DNA from: an uncultured bacterium
GTDB taxonomy: Bacteria; Babelota; Babeliae; Babelales; Vermiphilaceae
Direction of reading: 5' to 3'
Length of the DNA: 64,000 nucleotides
Assembly (NCBI GenBank): GCA_963713925.1
Contig: OY970212.1
Location: 1,152,001-1,216,000 of the forward strand
Positions 37,038 to 45,322 of this stretch are shown here, one piece after another. The notes below the pieces were generated by a model. It saw only the letters and a program-made list of their open reading frames with translations. It was not told the DNA's origin and ran no database searches. Numbering within the stretch: position 1 is the first letter of the stretch; the number at the start of each line of letters is the position of its first letter. The position numbers were made by a program, and so were the translations under genes.

Positions 37038-37640
37038 TTATCTTGCCTTAATATCATCTTTCTTCACGTTATTTTTTATCGGAATGCCCGACACAGTTTC
37101 TGATTTCAATCCCTTCCATGCCGAACTTTCTGGTCGCATTGTAAGAGCGACTTCGTTGTTTTTAATTGCCGGATCTTTGCTCGATTCTACAGAAACCAAA
37201 ATTCGCTCTCTTTTTGGATCAGGGCTTATCACAAATTTCCCATAAGCAAATAGGTCTTTTGTATTACCCTTTTTAATTTTTTCTTGTTCTGCAGGCTTTG
37301 AATTCCATCCTCGATATAAAAGAATGGTTATCCTTTTTTTGGTGATATCATCCTTTGGTCTCACCTCCTGAACCATTCTGAGATATCCCAATTCCTCTTG
37401 TTTTGATCCTTTTGCAGCCGGCACCATATAAAGTTGGTCGGTAAGTAGTGGTTTGTTTTCTTCGTCAAGAATTTGAACGTAGTATGGATATTTAAGGTAA
37501 TTTTTCAATTCAATGGTTCCACGCTCTGTGTATAGGGACGAAGCCTTGAATGTATTCTCTGAAAAGAAAGACGATTTAAGCGCTGTGCCATACAAACCTG
37601 CATAAAAAACGACTGTTAAAAATAATATATTTTTCTTCAT
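37038..37640 (-). CDS. Secreted protein with shared C-terminal domain
   Basis: Signal peptide; MRPE...TVSGIPIKNNVKKDDI. Confidence 0.8.
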   Translation of the reverse strand: MKKNILFLTVVFYAGLYGTALKSSFFSENTFKASSLYTERGTIELKNYLKYPYYVQILDEENKPLLTDQLYMVPAAKGSKQEELGYLRMVQEVRPKDDITKKRITILLYRGWNSKPAEQEKIKKGNTKDLFAYGKFVISPDPKRERILVSVESSKDPAIKNNEVALTMRPESSAWKGLKSETVSGIPIKNNVKKDDIKAR

Positions 37641-37830
37641 TCACTAACTCCGTTTTAATCATAAAATCTTGCTTAAAACAGGTATTACAACCTTAATTTC
37701 TCATATATCAAGATACCAGAAAACAGTTACAAATTGCAATAGTTTTACAGGGTCAAAAAAGAGGGGACTTGTTACGTAAATTAAGGTATTTTTAGGCTAA
37801 ACTTCCCCCCTAAAAAAGAAGGTTCACCCT

Positions 37831-38580
37831 ATGAATCAAAAATCTCTGGTAGCAAATTGGAAACTATTCAAAACTTTTGATGAATCAATCGATTTTTTAC
37901 AGAAACATCATGCTCTCTTGAATGCGCTCACTGAAAAGCATGGCGTCTCTTTAACAATAGCACCAAACCTTCTTGCTCTCGCCGAGTCGGCAAAAATGCT
38001 CATATCATCTTCTATTCGCCTGGCAGCTCAAGATGTTTCCGCACATGGATCCGGACCATACACCGGCCAAATAGATGCTCGTTCATTCAAATCATTAGGA
38101 GTTGCGTATTGCTTGATTGGTCATTCAGAACTCAGAGAAGCCTATCAATTAAGCAATGATACCATTGCTGCAAAAATGATATCCGCAATCGCCAATAATC
38201 TGATTCCTATTCTATGCATTGGTGAAACGGGCCCCGAACATGAAGCGAATCAGACAAATCATGTTCTCATGCGACAACTTGCACCCATCTTTACTGCACT
38301 GCGCACCTTGAAATACACCAACACATGGTACATCGCATATGAACCAATATGGGCTATCAATTCCGAAAAACCGATCGCTCCAAGTAATTTAGCGCATGTT
38401 TTAGATCACATTATAAGCCACTGGCCTGACAATGTGCCAATGGCTCAATTTTTTTATGGCGGTAGCGTCAATCCGGTTTCAATAAAAGAATTTGCTCAAG
38501 AATCTCGATTGTCAGGATTTTTGGTAGGAAAAGCAAGCACAGACATTGAAATGCTTTCAACGCTTATTCAAGAAATGTAA
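37831..38580 (+). CDS. tpiA: Triosephosphate isomerase (divergent)
   Basis: ANWK, GPYTG, IGHSE, AYEPIWAI, YGGSV, GFLVGKAS. Confidence 0.9.
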   Translation: MNQKSLVANWKLFKTFDESIDFLQKHHALLNALTEKHGVSLTIAPNLLALAESAKMLISSSIRLAAQDVSAHGSGPYTGQIDARSFKSLGVAYCLIGHSELREAYQLSNDTIAAKMISAIANNLIPILCIGETGPEHEANQTNHVLMRQLAPIFTALRTLKYTNTWYIAYEPIWAINSEKPIAPSNLAHVLDHIISHWPDNVPMAQFFYGGSVNPVSIKEFAQESRLSGFLVGKASTDIEMLSTLIQEM

Positions 38581-38611
38581 GATTTTTATCATTGATGAGA
38601 CATTCGAATAA

Positions 38612-38810
38612 GAGCTTATACAAAAATCCGGGAAGTTCCTTATTGCTATGTCATCCTGAATTTATTTCAGGATCTACTTAACTTGGATCCAGCCTCTACT
38701 TATCCAGGCCTTCCGGCTTGGCAAGTTACGGCGGACAAGTTGCTGAAACAAGTGCCTCTTGACAACCAACCCTTTTTTTTAGTTAGAAAGCTTAATTTTC
38801 GCATATGCTC
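38612..38810. mobile_element. Family A MITE, copy 2, carrying a nested family D insert
   Basis: TAA-GAGCTTATACAAAAAT...ATTTTCGCATATGCTC-TAA; core GTCATCCTGAATTTATTTCAGGATC. Confidence 0.85.
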
Positions 38811-38811
38811 T

Positions 38812-38844
38812 AAAAAAAAGAGGCACCAATTTCTGGTGCCTCTT
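38812..38844 (-). terminator. Intrinsic terminator after hup
   Basis: AAGAGGCACCA...TGGTGCCTCTT, U-tract on minus strand. Confidence 0.75.
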
Positions 38845-38859
38845 GAGTAGTTTATTAAA

Positions 38860-39132
38860 CTACTTAACCAATTGACGAAGTGCTTTACCTGGACGGAATT
38901 TAGGCACTTTCTTCGCAGCAATTTGCATTTTCTTGCCGGTAGAAGGATTTACACCAACGCGTGCTTTGCGTTTCATCACAGTGAATGCACCAAAACCGGT
39001 CAACACAACTGTTTTTCCTGTTTTAAGCGCACCGCTTACAGCGTGAATAAATGCTTCTAAGCATTCTTTACATGTTGATTTAGGCAACTTGGTTACTTTT
39101 GCCATGCTTTCAACTAATTTTGCCTTGTTCAT
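38860..39132 (-). CDS. hup: DNA-binding protein HU
   Basis: MNKAKLVE...LTGFGAF...RVGVNPSTG...VPKFRPGKAL; SD AAGGA. Confidence 0.95.
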   Translation of the reverse strand: MNKAKLVESMAKVTKLPKSTCKECLEAFIHAVSGALKTGKTVVLTGFGAFTVMKRKARVGVNPSTGKKMQIAAKKVPKFRPGKALRQLVK

Positions 39133-39289
39133 GTATATTTCCTTTTTTATTGTTTTCTTTAAAAACAAAACTAGTACTTAGTCAGTACGATAAATCGATA
39201 GGAAAATTTGTCAAGTTTTTAAAATCAAGAGAGTGAAGTTTTAATACCGAGAACAGAAAGTAACAAAAAATTAATTAGAATAATCAATG

Positions 39290-39486
39290 AGTGGCGCAGC
39301 CAGCCATAGCCTCCGCTCTTAAAAGAGCTTCGCCGCACAGAGGCGTAGCTATAAGTTCCTTATTTGGGCGAAGTCTGGCCCTACTTCGCCAAGGCTACGA
39401 AGGGCATGCCGTGCTTCATTCTTCTACAAATATCAAATCATTTGAAAGAATGGCCTGCCATACATAGCTCCGATAGGAGCGAAGTA
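39290..39486. repeat. Cluster of family D palindromes
   Basis: GCCATAGCC, GGCGTAGC...GCGAAGTCTGG, CCTACTTCGCCAAGGCTACGAAGGGC, CATAGCTCC..GGAGCGAAG. Confidence 0.7.
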
Positions 39487-39504
39487 AAATGATTTATTGT
39501 TTCA

Positions 39505-39648
39505 GTCCAGGCTACGTTCTTACTTCGAAGTAAAACCTCAGGAAGTGTTAAACTTCGCCGGACAAGCTTCGCATTGTTCTGTAATTATTAATTGCTTAAC
39601 CTTAACATGCTGGCTGTGCCAAGCGTAGCCCTTACGGGCGAAGCTTGG
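39505..39648 (-). repeat. tRNA-trailer element, copy after tRNA-Leu
   Basis: ~140-bp homolog of 39880-40029. Confidence 0.85.
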
Positions 39649-39733
39649 TGCCGAGAGCCGGACTCGAACCGGCACGAGCTATAAGCCCGAAGGATTTTAA
39701 GTCCTTTGCGTCTACCACTTCCGCCATCCCGGC
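39646..39733 (-). tRNA. tRNA-Leu(TAA)
   Basis: GCCGGGATGGCGGAAGTGGTAGACGCAAAGGACTTAAAATCC...GGTTCGAGTCCGGCTCTCGGCACCA; long variable arm, encoded CCA. Confidence 0.97.
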
Positions 39734-39879
39734 ATAATTACCCAAGTTCCATTTTATTCCACTTACCCATTAAAATTATGCTTATTTCGAAATTAATATA
39801 AATGACTTCCTTGTCGGCGAAGTCTGGCCGCGCCAGGCGTAGCTTGCCGAGGCGGAAGGCGACGTCAAAAATGATCCAC

Positions 39880-40029
39880 GTCCAGCCCGTGCTACGTTCT
39901 TACCTCGAAGCGAAACCTCAGGAAGTATTAAACTACGCAGGGCAGGCTTCGCATCTTGCTATCAAAATCGCCTGCTCTTCCTTAGCATGCTGGCTGTGCC
40001 AGGCGTAGCCCTTTGCGGGCGAAGCCTGG
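39880..40029 (-). repeat. tRNA-trailer element, copy after tRNA-Cys
   Basis: ~150-bp homolog of 39505-39648. Confidence 0.85.
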
Positions 40030-40100
40030 AGGCGGCACCCGGATTTGAACCGGGGATCAGGGATTTGCAGTCCCGTGCCTTACCACTTGGCTATGCCGCC
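40027..40100 (-). tRNA. tRNA-Cys(GCA)
   Basis: GGCGGCATAGCCAAGTGGTAAGGCACGGGACTGCAAATCCC...GGTTCAAATCCGGGTGCCGCCTCCA; U73 discriminator. Confidence 0.97.
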
Positions 40101-40138
40101 GATATACTCAAGCAACAGGTTGCTTGATGCCTCTTGCA

Positions 40139-40615
40139 TCACTTCAACAAACCGGCTTGTTTCATTTTTTCAAACAGCTGCTCTGTAGAAATAATTTTAA
40201 TTTTCAAACCTTCCTCATGCCCCGGAGAAGTCATCACTTTTTTCAGATAACCGCTCTTGCATGGGCCTTCGACCGGCAGACCTTTTTGATGCCATTCCGC
40301 CATGCCTGCCTCATATGCATACACATTGGAATAACCAAGTTCGGTGAGCAAGTCTGCAACGGCCCCGCTCGCGCTGCAGAGGTAATTACTGCAATAGATT
40401 ACCAATTCCGTATCTTTATTCAATCTTTTTACAAACTCCTCAACGTCAGTCATTTCGACTTGAACGGAGCCTTTTATATGACAATCGTCATAGAGATCTT
40501 TATCAAGCACATTGATGACATACATCGATTGTTCTGCTTTGCTGCTCCAAAAGCATCCCGGTAATACGCCGATGCACACAACAGATGTCGCAAGCATCGT
40601 CAGCTTTTTCATCAT
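40139..40615 (-). CDS. Rhodanese-like domain protein, probable lipoprotein
   Basis: LPGC lipobox-like; HIKGS, VIYCSNYLC, YEAGMAEW. Confidence 0.85.
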   Translation of the reverse strand: MMKKLTMLATSVVCIGVLPGCFWSSKAEQSMYVINVLDKDLYDDCHIKGSVQVEMTDVEEFVKRLNKDTELVIYCSNYLCSASGAVADLLTELGYSNVYAYEAGMAEWHQKGLPVEGPCKSGYLKKVMTSPGHEEGLKIKIISTEQLFEKMKQAGLLK

Positions 40616-40629
40616 AATAATATTCCTTT

Positions 40630-41664
40630 TTAAGAAACTGTTTGCATGCAACGTGACCAACGAACACGCGTCCAGAAATCAATCGGATGCTTCAGCAAAT
40701 CAACAATGAACCAGCCTTCTTCACTATCAAGTGACCAAATGCGGAACACAATACGACCATGGATCAATTTTTTCTTTATCGGCCCAAAGAAGCGACAATC
40801 ATGACTTCCCAAACGATTGTCACCCATCGCCCAATACTCATCAGATCCAAGTTTGACATGAAATTCATCAGTGCCATTCCAATAGTTTTCACCTTCATGA
40901 TGTTCACGTTGGCGTAAGCGTGAATCAGGTTCGGCAAGTGGGGTATACGGTTCTTTCAGCTGCAACGAACCGTCAGCATTTCTGATAATACGATCAGGCG
41001 CAAATCGATAAAATGGCTGATTTTCAAACGATTTTGATGGATCATACGTGCGTGATGGTGAACCTTCCTTAAAATACTCAAGATATTGTTGCTTCGTTTT
41101 TTCGTATTCACGCATTGAAAGCTGTCCACACTGCACTGCATAAAGCAATTCACGATCAAGCTTTTTCAAATACGCCGGATATGGCATGTAGTAATAGCCA
41201 AGCAAAGGATATGGATTAACATACTTCTCATCTAATTTAACGCCGTCAACATACACCACTGGTTTGCCATCTTCAATTTTGCCCTCAACTGTTTGTCCTG
41301 GTGTTGCAATCACGCGCTTTGTCCAGTTTGCCGGTCCCCACACATAATCTTCATACAACCGTTTCAGCCAATTGCTTGAATAATTATAAACCGGATCGTT
41401 AAAGGAAATAATTTCACCTCTTCTTGGAGATCTGAACAGATAGGTAAACTTATCTGCAAAAAAACGTTCACCGACAAGCAAGGTTGGTTCCATCGATCCA
41501 GTCGGCACTTGATAGAGACCAAAACCAAATGTCCGTATCAAAAATATGAGCGTCAAATAAAAGGCAACTTCTTTAATGGTATCTTCCCATGTCTTATTTT
41601 TTGAAGTGCCTAACACTGAACGAGCTGTATCGCCCCATGTTCTTTTCTGATCTTTATTGTTCAT
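40630..41664 (-). CDS. lepB: Signal peptidase I
   Basis: VPTGSMEPTL, WTKRVIATPG, MGDNRLGSHDCRFFG. Confidence 0.95.
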   Translation of the reverse strand: MNNKDQKRTWGDTARSVLGTSKNKTWEDTIKEVAFYLTLIFLIRTFGFGLYQVPTGSMEPTLLVGERFFADKFTYLFRSPRRGEIISFNDPVYNYSSNWLKRLYEDYVWGPANWTKRVIATPGQTVEGKIEDGKPVVYVDGVKLDEKYVNPYPLLGYYYMPYPAYLKKLDRELLYAVQCGQLSMREYEKTKQQYLEYFKEGSPSRTYDPSKSFENQPFYRFAPDRIIRNADGSLQLKEPYTPLAEPDSRLRQREHHEGENYWNGTDEFHVKLGSDEYWAMGDNRLGSHDCRFFGPIKKKLIHGRIVFRIWSLDSEEGWFIVDLLKHPIDFWTRVRWSRCMQTVS

Positions 41665-41689
41665 GTAAAAATCCTTATAAAAATTTTAA

Positions 41690-42591
41690 TTACACTAAGT
41701 ATGGCATGGGATTAATTGCTTTACCATAGTGGTAGATTTCAAAATGCAAATGTGACGGATCGCGTCCATGCTTTGAGCGCACCGCTCCGGTGTTGCCCAC
41801 TTTTCCAATTAATTGCCCTTGTTTTACTCTTTGGCCATCAACAACTAATATCTCATCTAAATGAGCATACCGTGTTTTATATTTATGTGTATGGTTAATA
41901 ACAATTGTCTTACCAAAACCTTTACCAAATCCGGCTTCAATGATTACTCCATCATGTGCCGCATACACCGGCGTTCCTTTTATTGCCGCCATATCGATGC
42001 CATGGTGAAAGCCCCAGACACCATTCGGCTTTTTGCGCGGTCCAAAAAGTGAGCTCAACCAAAATTCAGAAACTTTGATGGGCCAACTGAATTGCATATC
42101 TTGCTTTTCATGCTTGGCTCTCCGTTGAATCGGTTTTTTGTAAATGTGACGCTGACGCGCAGGCGAACTCTTTTTTTTAGAAACTGTTGTACTACGTTGT
42201 GCTAATAGCAGCTGTTCATTATAATCTTGCAACTCATTCCAGTTGATCTGTTGCACGATGAGGCCTTCATCTTGTTTCTTAATAAATTCAAGCGCAGATT
42301 GTTTTAAATAGTTAATGTCTCGGTTCACAATTCGTAAACCTTCTTCAATATTCAATTCTTTTTTTTTTCGAGGCCATCCTCGGACGTTTCCAGCTCTTCT
42401 TCTTTTTGATTACTGTATTCATCAACAATTTTTTTGGCTACCGCCGTATACATGCGATATTCATCTTGCAATTCAACCGCTCGACGCGCCTGCTCTTTGA
42501 AAAATCGATATTCAAAAAAAAGAGCCGCACTTAAGATGAACATCAAAAGCCACATCAAAATAGTTACAAAATAAATGACTCGCTTAGTAAT
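41690..42591 (-). CDS. Membrane-anchored M23 peptidase split over two frames (42591-42352 and 42355-41690)
   Basis: HHGID, RYAHL, HLHFE in the downstream frame; TM anchor and coiled coil upstream; frames meet at A10-G (42368-42358). Confidence 0.85.
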
Positions 42592-42606
42592 GGCTGTCTC
42601 CCTGCA

Positions 42607-43278
42607 CTAGATGCGTATGAGCTTATGTTCTGCAATCCACCCCTTTGCTGCAGGGGCCCCTTGTGGGTTAAGTGATTGCACCTTATACCAGGATTTATGT
42701 TGCTCAAGAATAGCAACAGTTGCGCCTTGTGACAACTGCAAGATTTTCATATAGTGCTCCCCGGGGCCAACACGAACATCACAAGATTCGGCTACGACAG
42801 CCGTGCCATTGCTACGCATATAATAGGCAGCAAGCAGACACAGCATCCCCGCGGCACAGACCAACCATGTGGGCAGTATAAAACGAGGAGTCCACAGACA
42901 GATGCATAGAAGCGCTAAAGCAAGCAAAAGCGCTACAATTTGAAGATAGAAAACGGGAGTGGTGTGCACAAAATCAAATCGCTTTTTTTCATATTGAATC
43001 GCACAACTGTTTGCATCTTTCATGCACTGCGCGATCGTATCAGAAAGTTGTGGATCTGCTATCGATGCGGCATAATTCCAAAATACGGCTGATTCATATG
43101 GCTTTCCAAGATGATGCGCGCACACGCCCATATTATAATAATCGACCGCAGTTTTGCACTGCTGAGCTGATAACTCATCTAATACTGCTTGATAATTGAT
43201 CGGATCAGAACAAAGCGTGGTAGCGCTCACAAACGTGAAAACAAAGAAAAGTAGAGTGTTTACCACTCGTTCTTGCAT
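42607..43278 (-). CDS. batE: BatE-like protein (TPR, TM, SH3)
   Basis: YYNMG TPR, two TM segments, VRVGPG...WYKV...GWI SH3-like; follows batD. Confidence 0.75.
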   Translation of the reverse strand: MQERVVNTLLFFVFTFVSATTLCSDPINYQAVLDELSAQQCKTAVDYYNMGVCAHHLGKPYESAVFWNYAASIADPQLSDTIAQCMKDANSCAIQYEKKRFDFVHTTPVFYLQIVALLLALALLCICLWTPRFILPTWLVCAAGMLCLLAAYYMRSNGTAVVAESCDVRVGPGEHYMKILQLSQGATVAILEQHKSWYKVQSLNPQGAPAAKGWIAEHKLIRI

Positions 43279-43279
43279 G

Positions 43280-44998
43280 TTATTTTGACTCACGTCTGAC
43301 TCCCCGGTCGATGGTAGGCAACCACGAAATAATCTCACGTGCTGAGAGTATATCATTACTTCCCTTTTGAGAAAACGTAGCCTGTTCAAGAGTAGTCAAG
43401 AATGTTGCATATCTGTCATAAAGAGAAGATGGCATATGCGCACCGATTTTTTTCAAAAGGCCTTCAGAATTTACCTGGTACATCCGAGCTATGCGCGCAG
43501 CATATTCATATACAATGCCATGAAGCCGATGATATTGCTTTTGCTTGTATGCAGTGCGTATCCCCTGTTTTGCCCATTGTCGCGCTTGATATCTGCCAGA
43601 TATTCGTTTGAAAAATGTGAATGAGCAAAGCTGTTTTTGTATCACCGTTAGAAGCGCCGAAATCCCAACCAACAAACCCATCAGTGCAAAAAAGAGCGCG
43701 CTGCCTATCGGAGCAGGTGATCTGTTTTGTGATCTATTATCAAGGGCTACAACGGAAATCGGTTCAACCGTTTTAACAGGATCGACATTTGCGGCTGTTG
43801 CATGAGAACCTGATTCAATGACCGAAAGGCTTAACTCTTGCGTACTCAGTGTTCGATATTTTTTAGCTTCCGGATCAAAAAAAGTGAATTGCTGAGCCGG
43901 AATAATGAAATCACCAACCTTTTTTGGCTGCAAGACATATTCAAAAATATGCACTCTCCGGCCCGACCGTTTTTCAGCTGTTTGAGTGGGAGGATATAAT
44001 TTCAGTGATGCATCAAGACCTTTGATTGATATATCCGATAGATCAACCGGATCACCCACAAGCTCTAAACGAATGGTTGTTGCCTCTCCTTGATGGACAA
44101 CTGCCGGGTTGATGCGCGCGGTGTATGAATCAAATCGACCAACGGCATCAACTTTTCCTGATGATGGCGGTACATTATGAATCTCGAGATGTACCTCATT
44201 TGAATATGTTGATTTACCTGCTCGCGGTTGATAGCCCATGAAAGCAAAGAGTGATGAACTCGTGGTTGAATAATCGATGCGATATGGTCTTAAAAGCTGG
44301 CGCCCTGCAGTATGACAATAACAATCAAACGTCCATTCATAAAATTTATAGGTCACACCGTCAATTTTTTCCGAACCAAACACAGGGCCACGAGCCTTGC
44401 CAATGGTTATTCCACTTTTTTTATCGTAGTCAGGATCACGCAATTCCTCACACTCAAGGAAATTTTCTCTATAATAAAATCTAAGTTTTGCTTCAATTCG
44501 TTCACCAACGAAATAATCATCTTTTTCTGTAAATAATCGCGCAAAAGGACCTTGTGCTTTGTGCGGTATTGTATGCACTCCTGGATTCGATCCTGTTGGT
44601 GCATCAACCACTTCGACATACACAGAATCTGAAACCAATTCACCGTGGCTCGTCTTTAACGTTGCGGGACCAATACGAAAGGTGCCCAATGCATCGATTT
44701 GTATTTGAAATTGATACCGCGCACGCGCCTTGCCTCCATTAGTGATTACATTGGTGCTTATCAATTGAGAGCGGGTTTGAGGCGGCATCGCCAGCGTTGG
44801 CACATTAAATGATTCTGAGACATCAGCACTGACCTGAAAAAGAAACGGTTGCGAGCGACCTATTTGCTCTTCAACGGGAGTGCCATCTAAATGCAACACC
44901 GCTGTTTCAATCTGAGCGCCAATCGCATACCCAACGAAAAAAAGCCGGAAAATAAAGCAAAAAACACCAACTAGGTTCCGTACCGTTTTTATTGCCAT
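43280..44998 (-). CDS. batD: BatD family protein
   Basis: GTFRIGPA, YFVGE, AVGRF, GDFIIPA..F.FFDP...Y; operon position. Confidence 0.85.
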   Translation of the reverse strand: MAIKTVRNLVGVFCFIFRLFFVGYAIGAQIETAVLHLDGTPVEEQIGRSQPFLFQVSADVSESFNVPTLAMPPQTRSQLISTNVITNGGKARARYQFQIQIDALGTFRIGPATLKTSHGELVSDSVYVEVVDAPTGSNPGVHTIPHKAQGPFARLFTEKDDYFVGERIEAKLRFYYRENFLECEELRDPDYDKKSGITIGKARGPVFGSEKIDGVTYKFYEWTFDCYCHTAGRQLLRPYRIDYSTTSSSLFAFMGYQPRAGKSTYSNEVHLEIHNVPPSSGKVDAVGRFDSYTARINPAVVHQGEATTIRLELVGDPVDLSDISIKGLDASLKLYPPTQTAEKRSGRRVHIFEYVLQPKKVGDFIIPAQQFTFFDPEAKKYRTLSTQELSLSVIESGSHATAANVDPVKTVEPISVVALDNRSQNRSPAPIGSALFFALMGLLVGISALLTVIQKQLCSFTFFKRISGRYQARQWAKQGIRTAYKQKQYHRLHGIVYEYAARIARMYQVNSEGLLKKIGAHMPSSLYDRYATFLTTLEQATFSQKGSNDILSAREIISWLPTIDRGVRRESK

Positions 44999-45314
44999 AG
45001 TCATAAAACAGCCCCCAATCCGTTCGGTACACCCAATCTACACTTACGTTTCGATTGGGTCCCGTTCGTGGTGAGCGTAGCAATTTGCGAAGTCATGGGT
45101 CCCATGCGTAAGCAATGGGTGAAAATCGAACCATACGAACATTCGTGCGACATAATAAGAACAATTCTTTTTTGATCAAGTAAACTTTTCCGTTCGATAT
45201 GGTTCGATTTCGCCGCAGATGCGGCTTCACTCACCACGAACGGGAAGAGCTTTTTACTCGTCCTTGATGAAAAAATAAACCTGAGTATTGTACTTTTTAA
45301 AAACTCAACGGAAC
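44974..45314. mobile_element. Family B MITE with two nested family C-like inserts, overlapping the batD start
   Basis: Left end CTA-GGTTCCGT..GTTTTT, right end AAAACTCAACGGAAC-TTA; interior closely matches 11856-12099. Confidence 0.85.
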
Positions 45315-45322
45315 TTATTATG

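Noticed and set aside
39802..40008. 68-aa ORF between the tRNAs
   Set aside because: Antisense to the tRNA trailer repeat.
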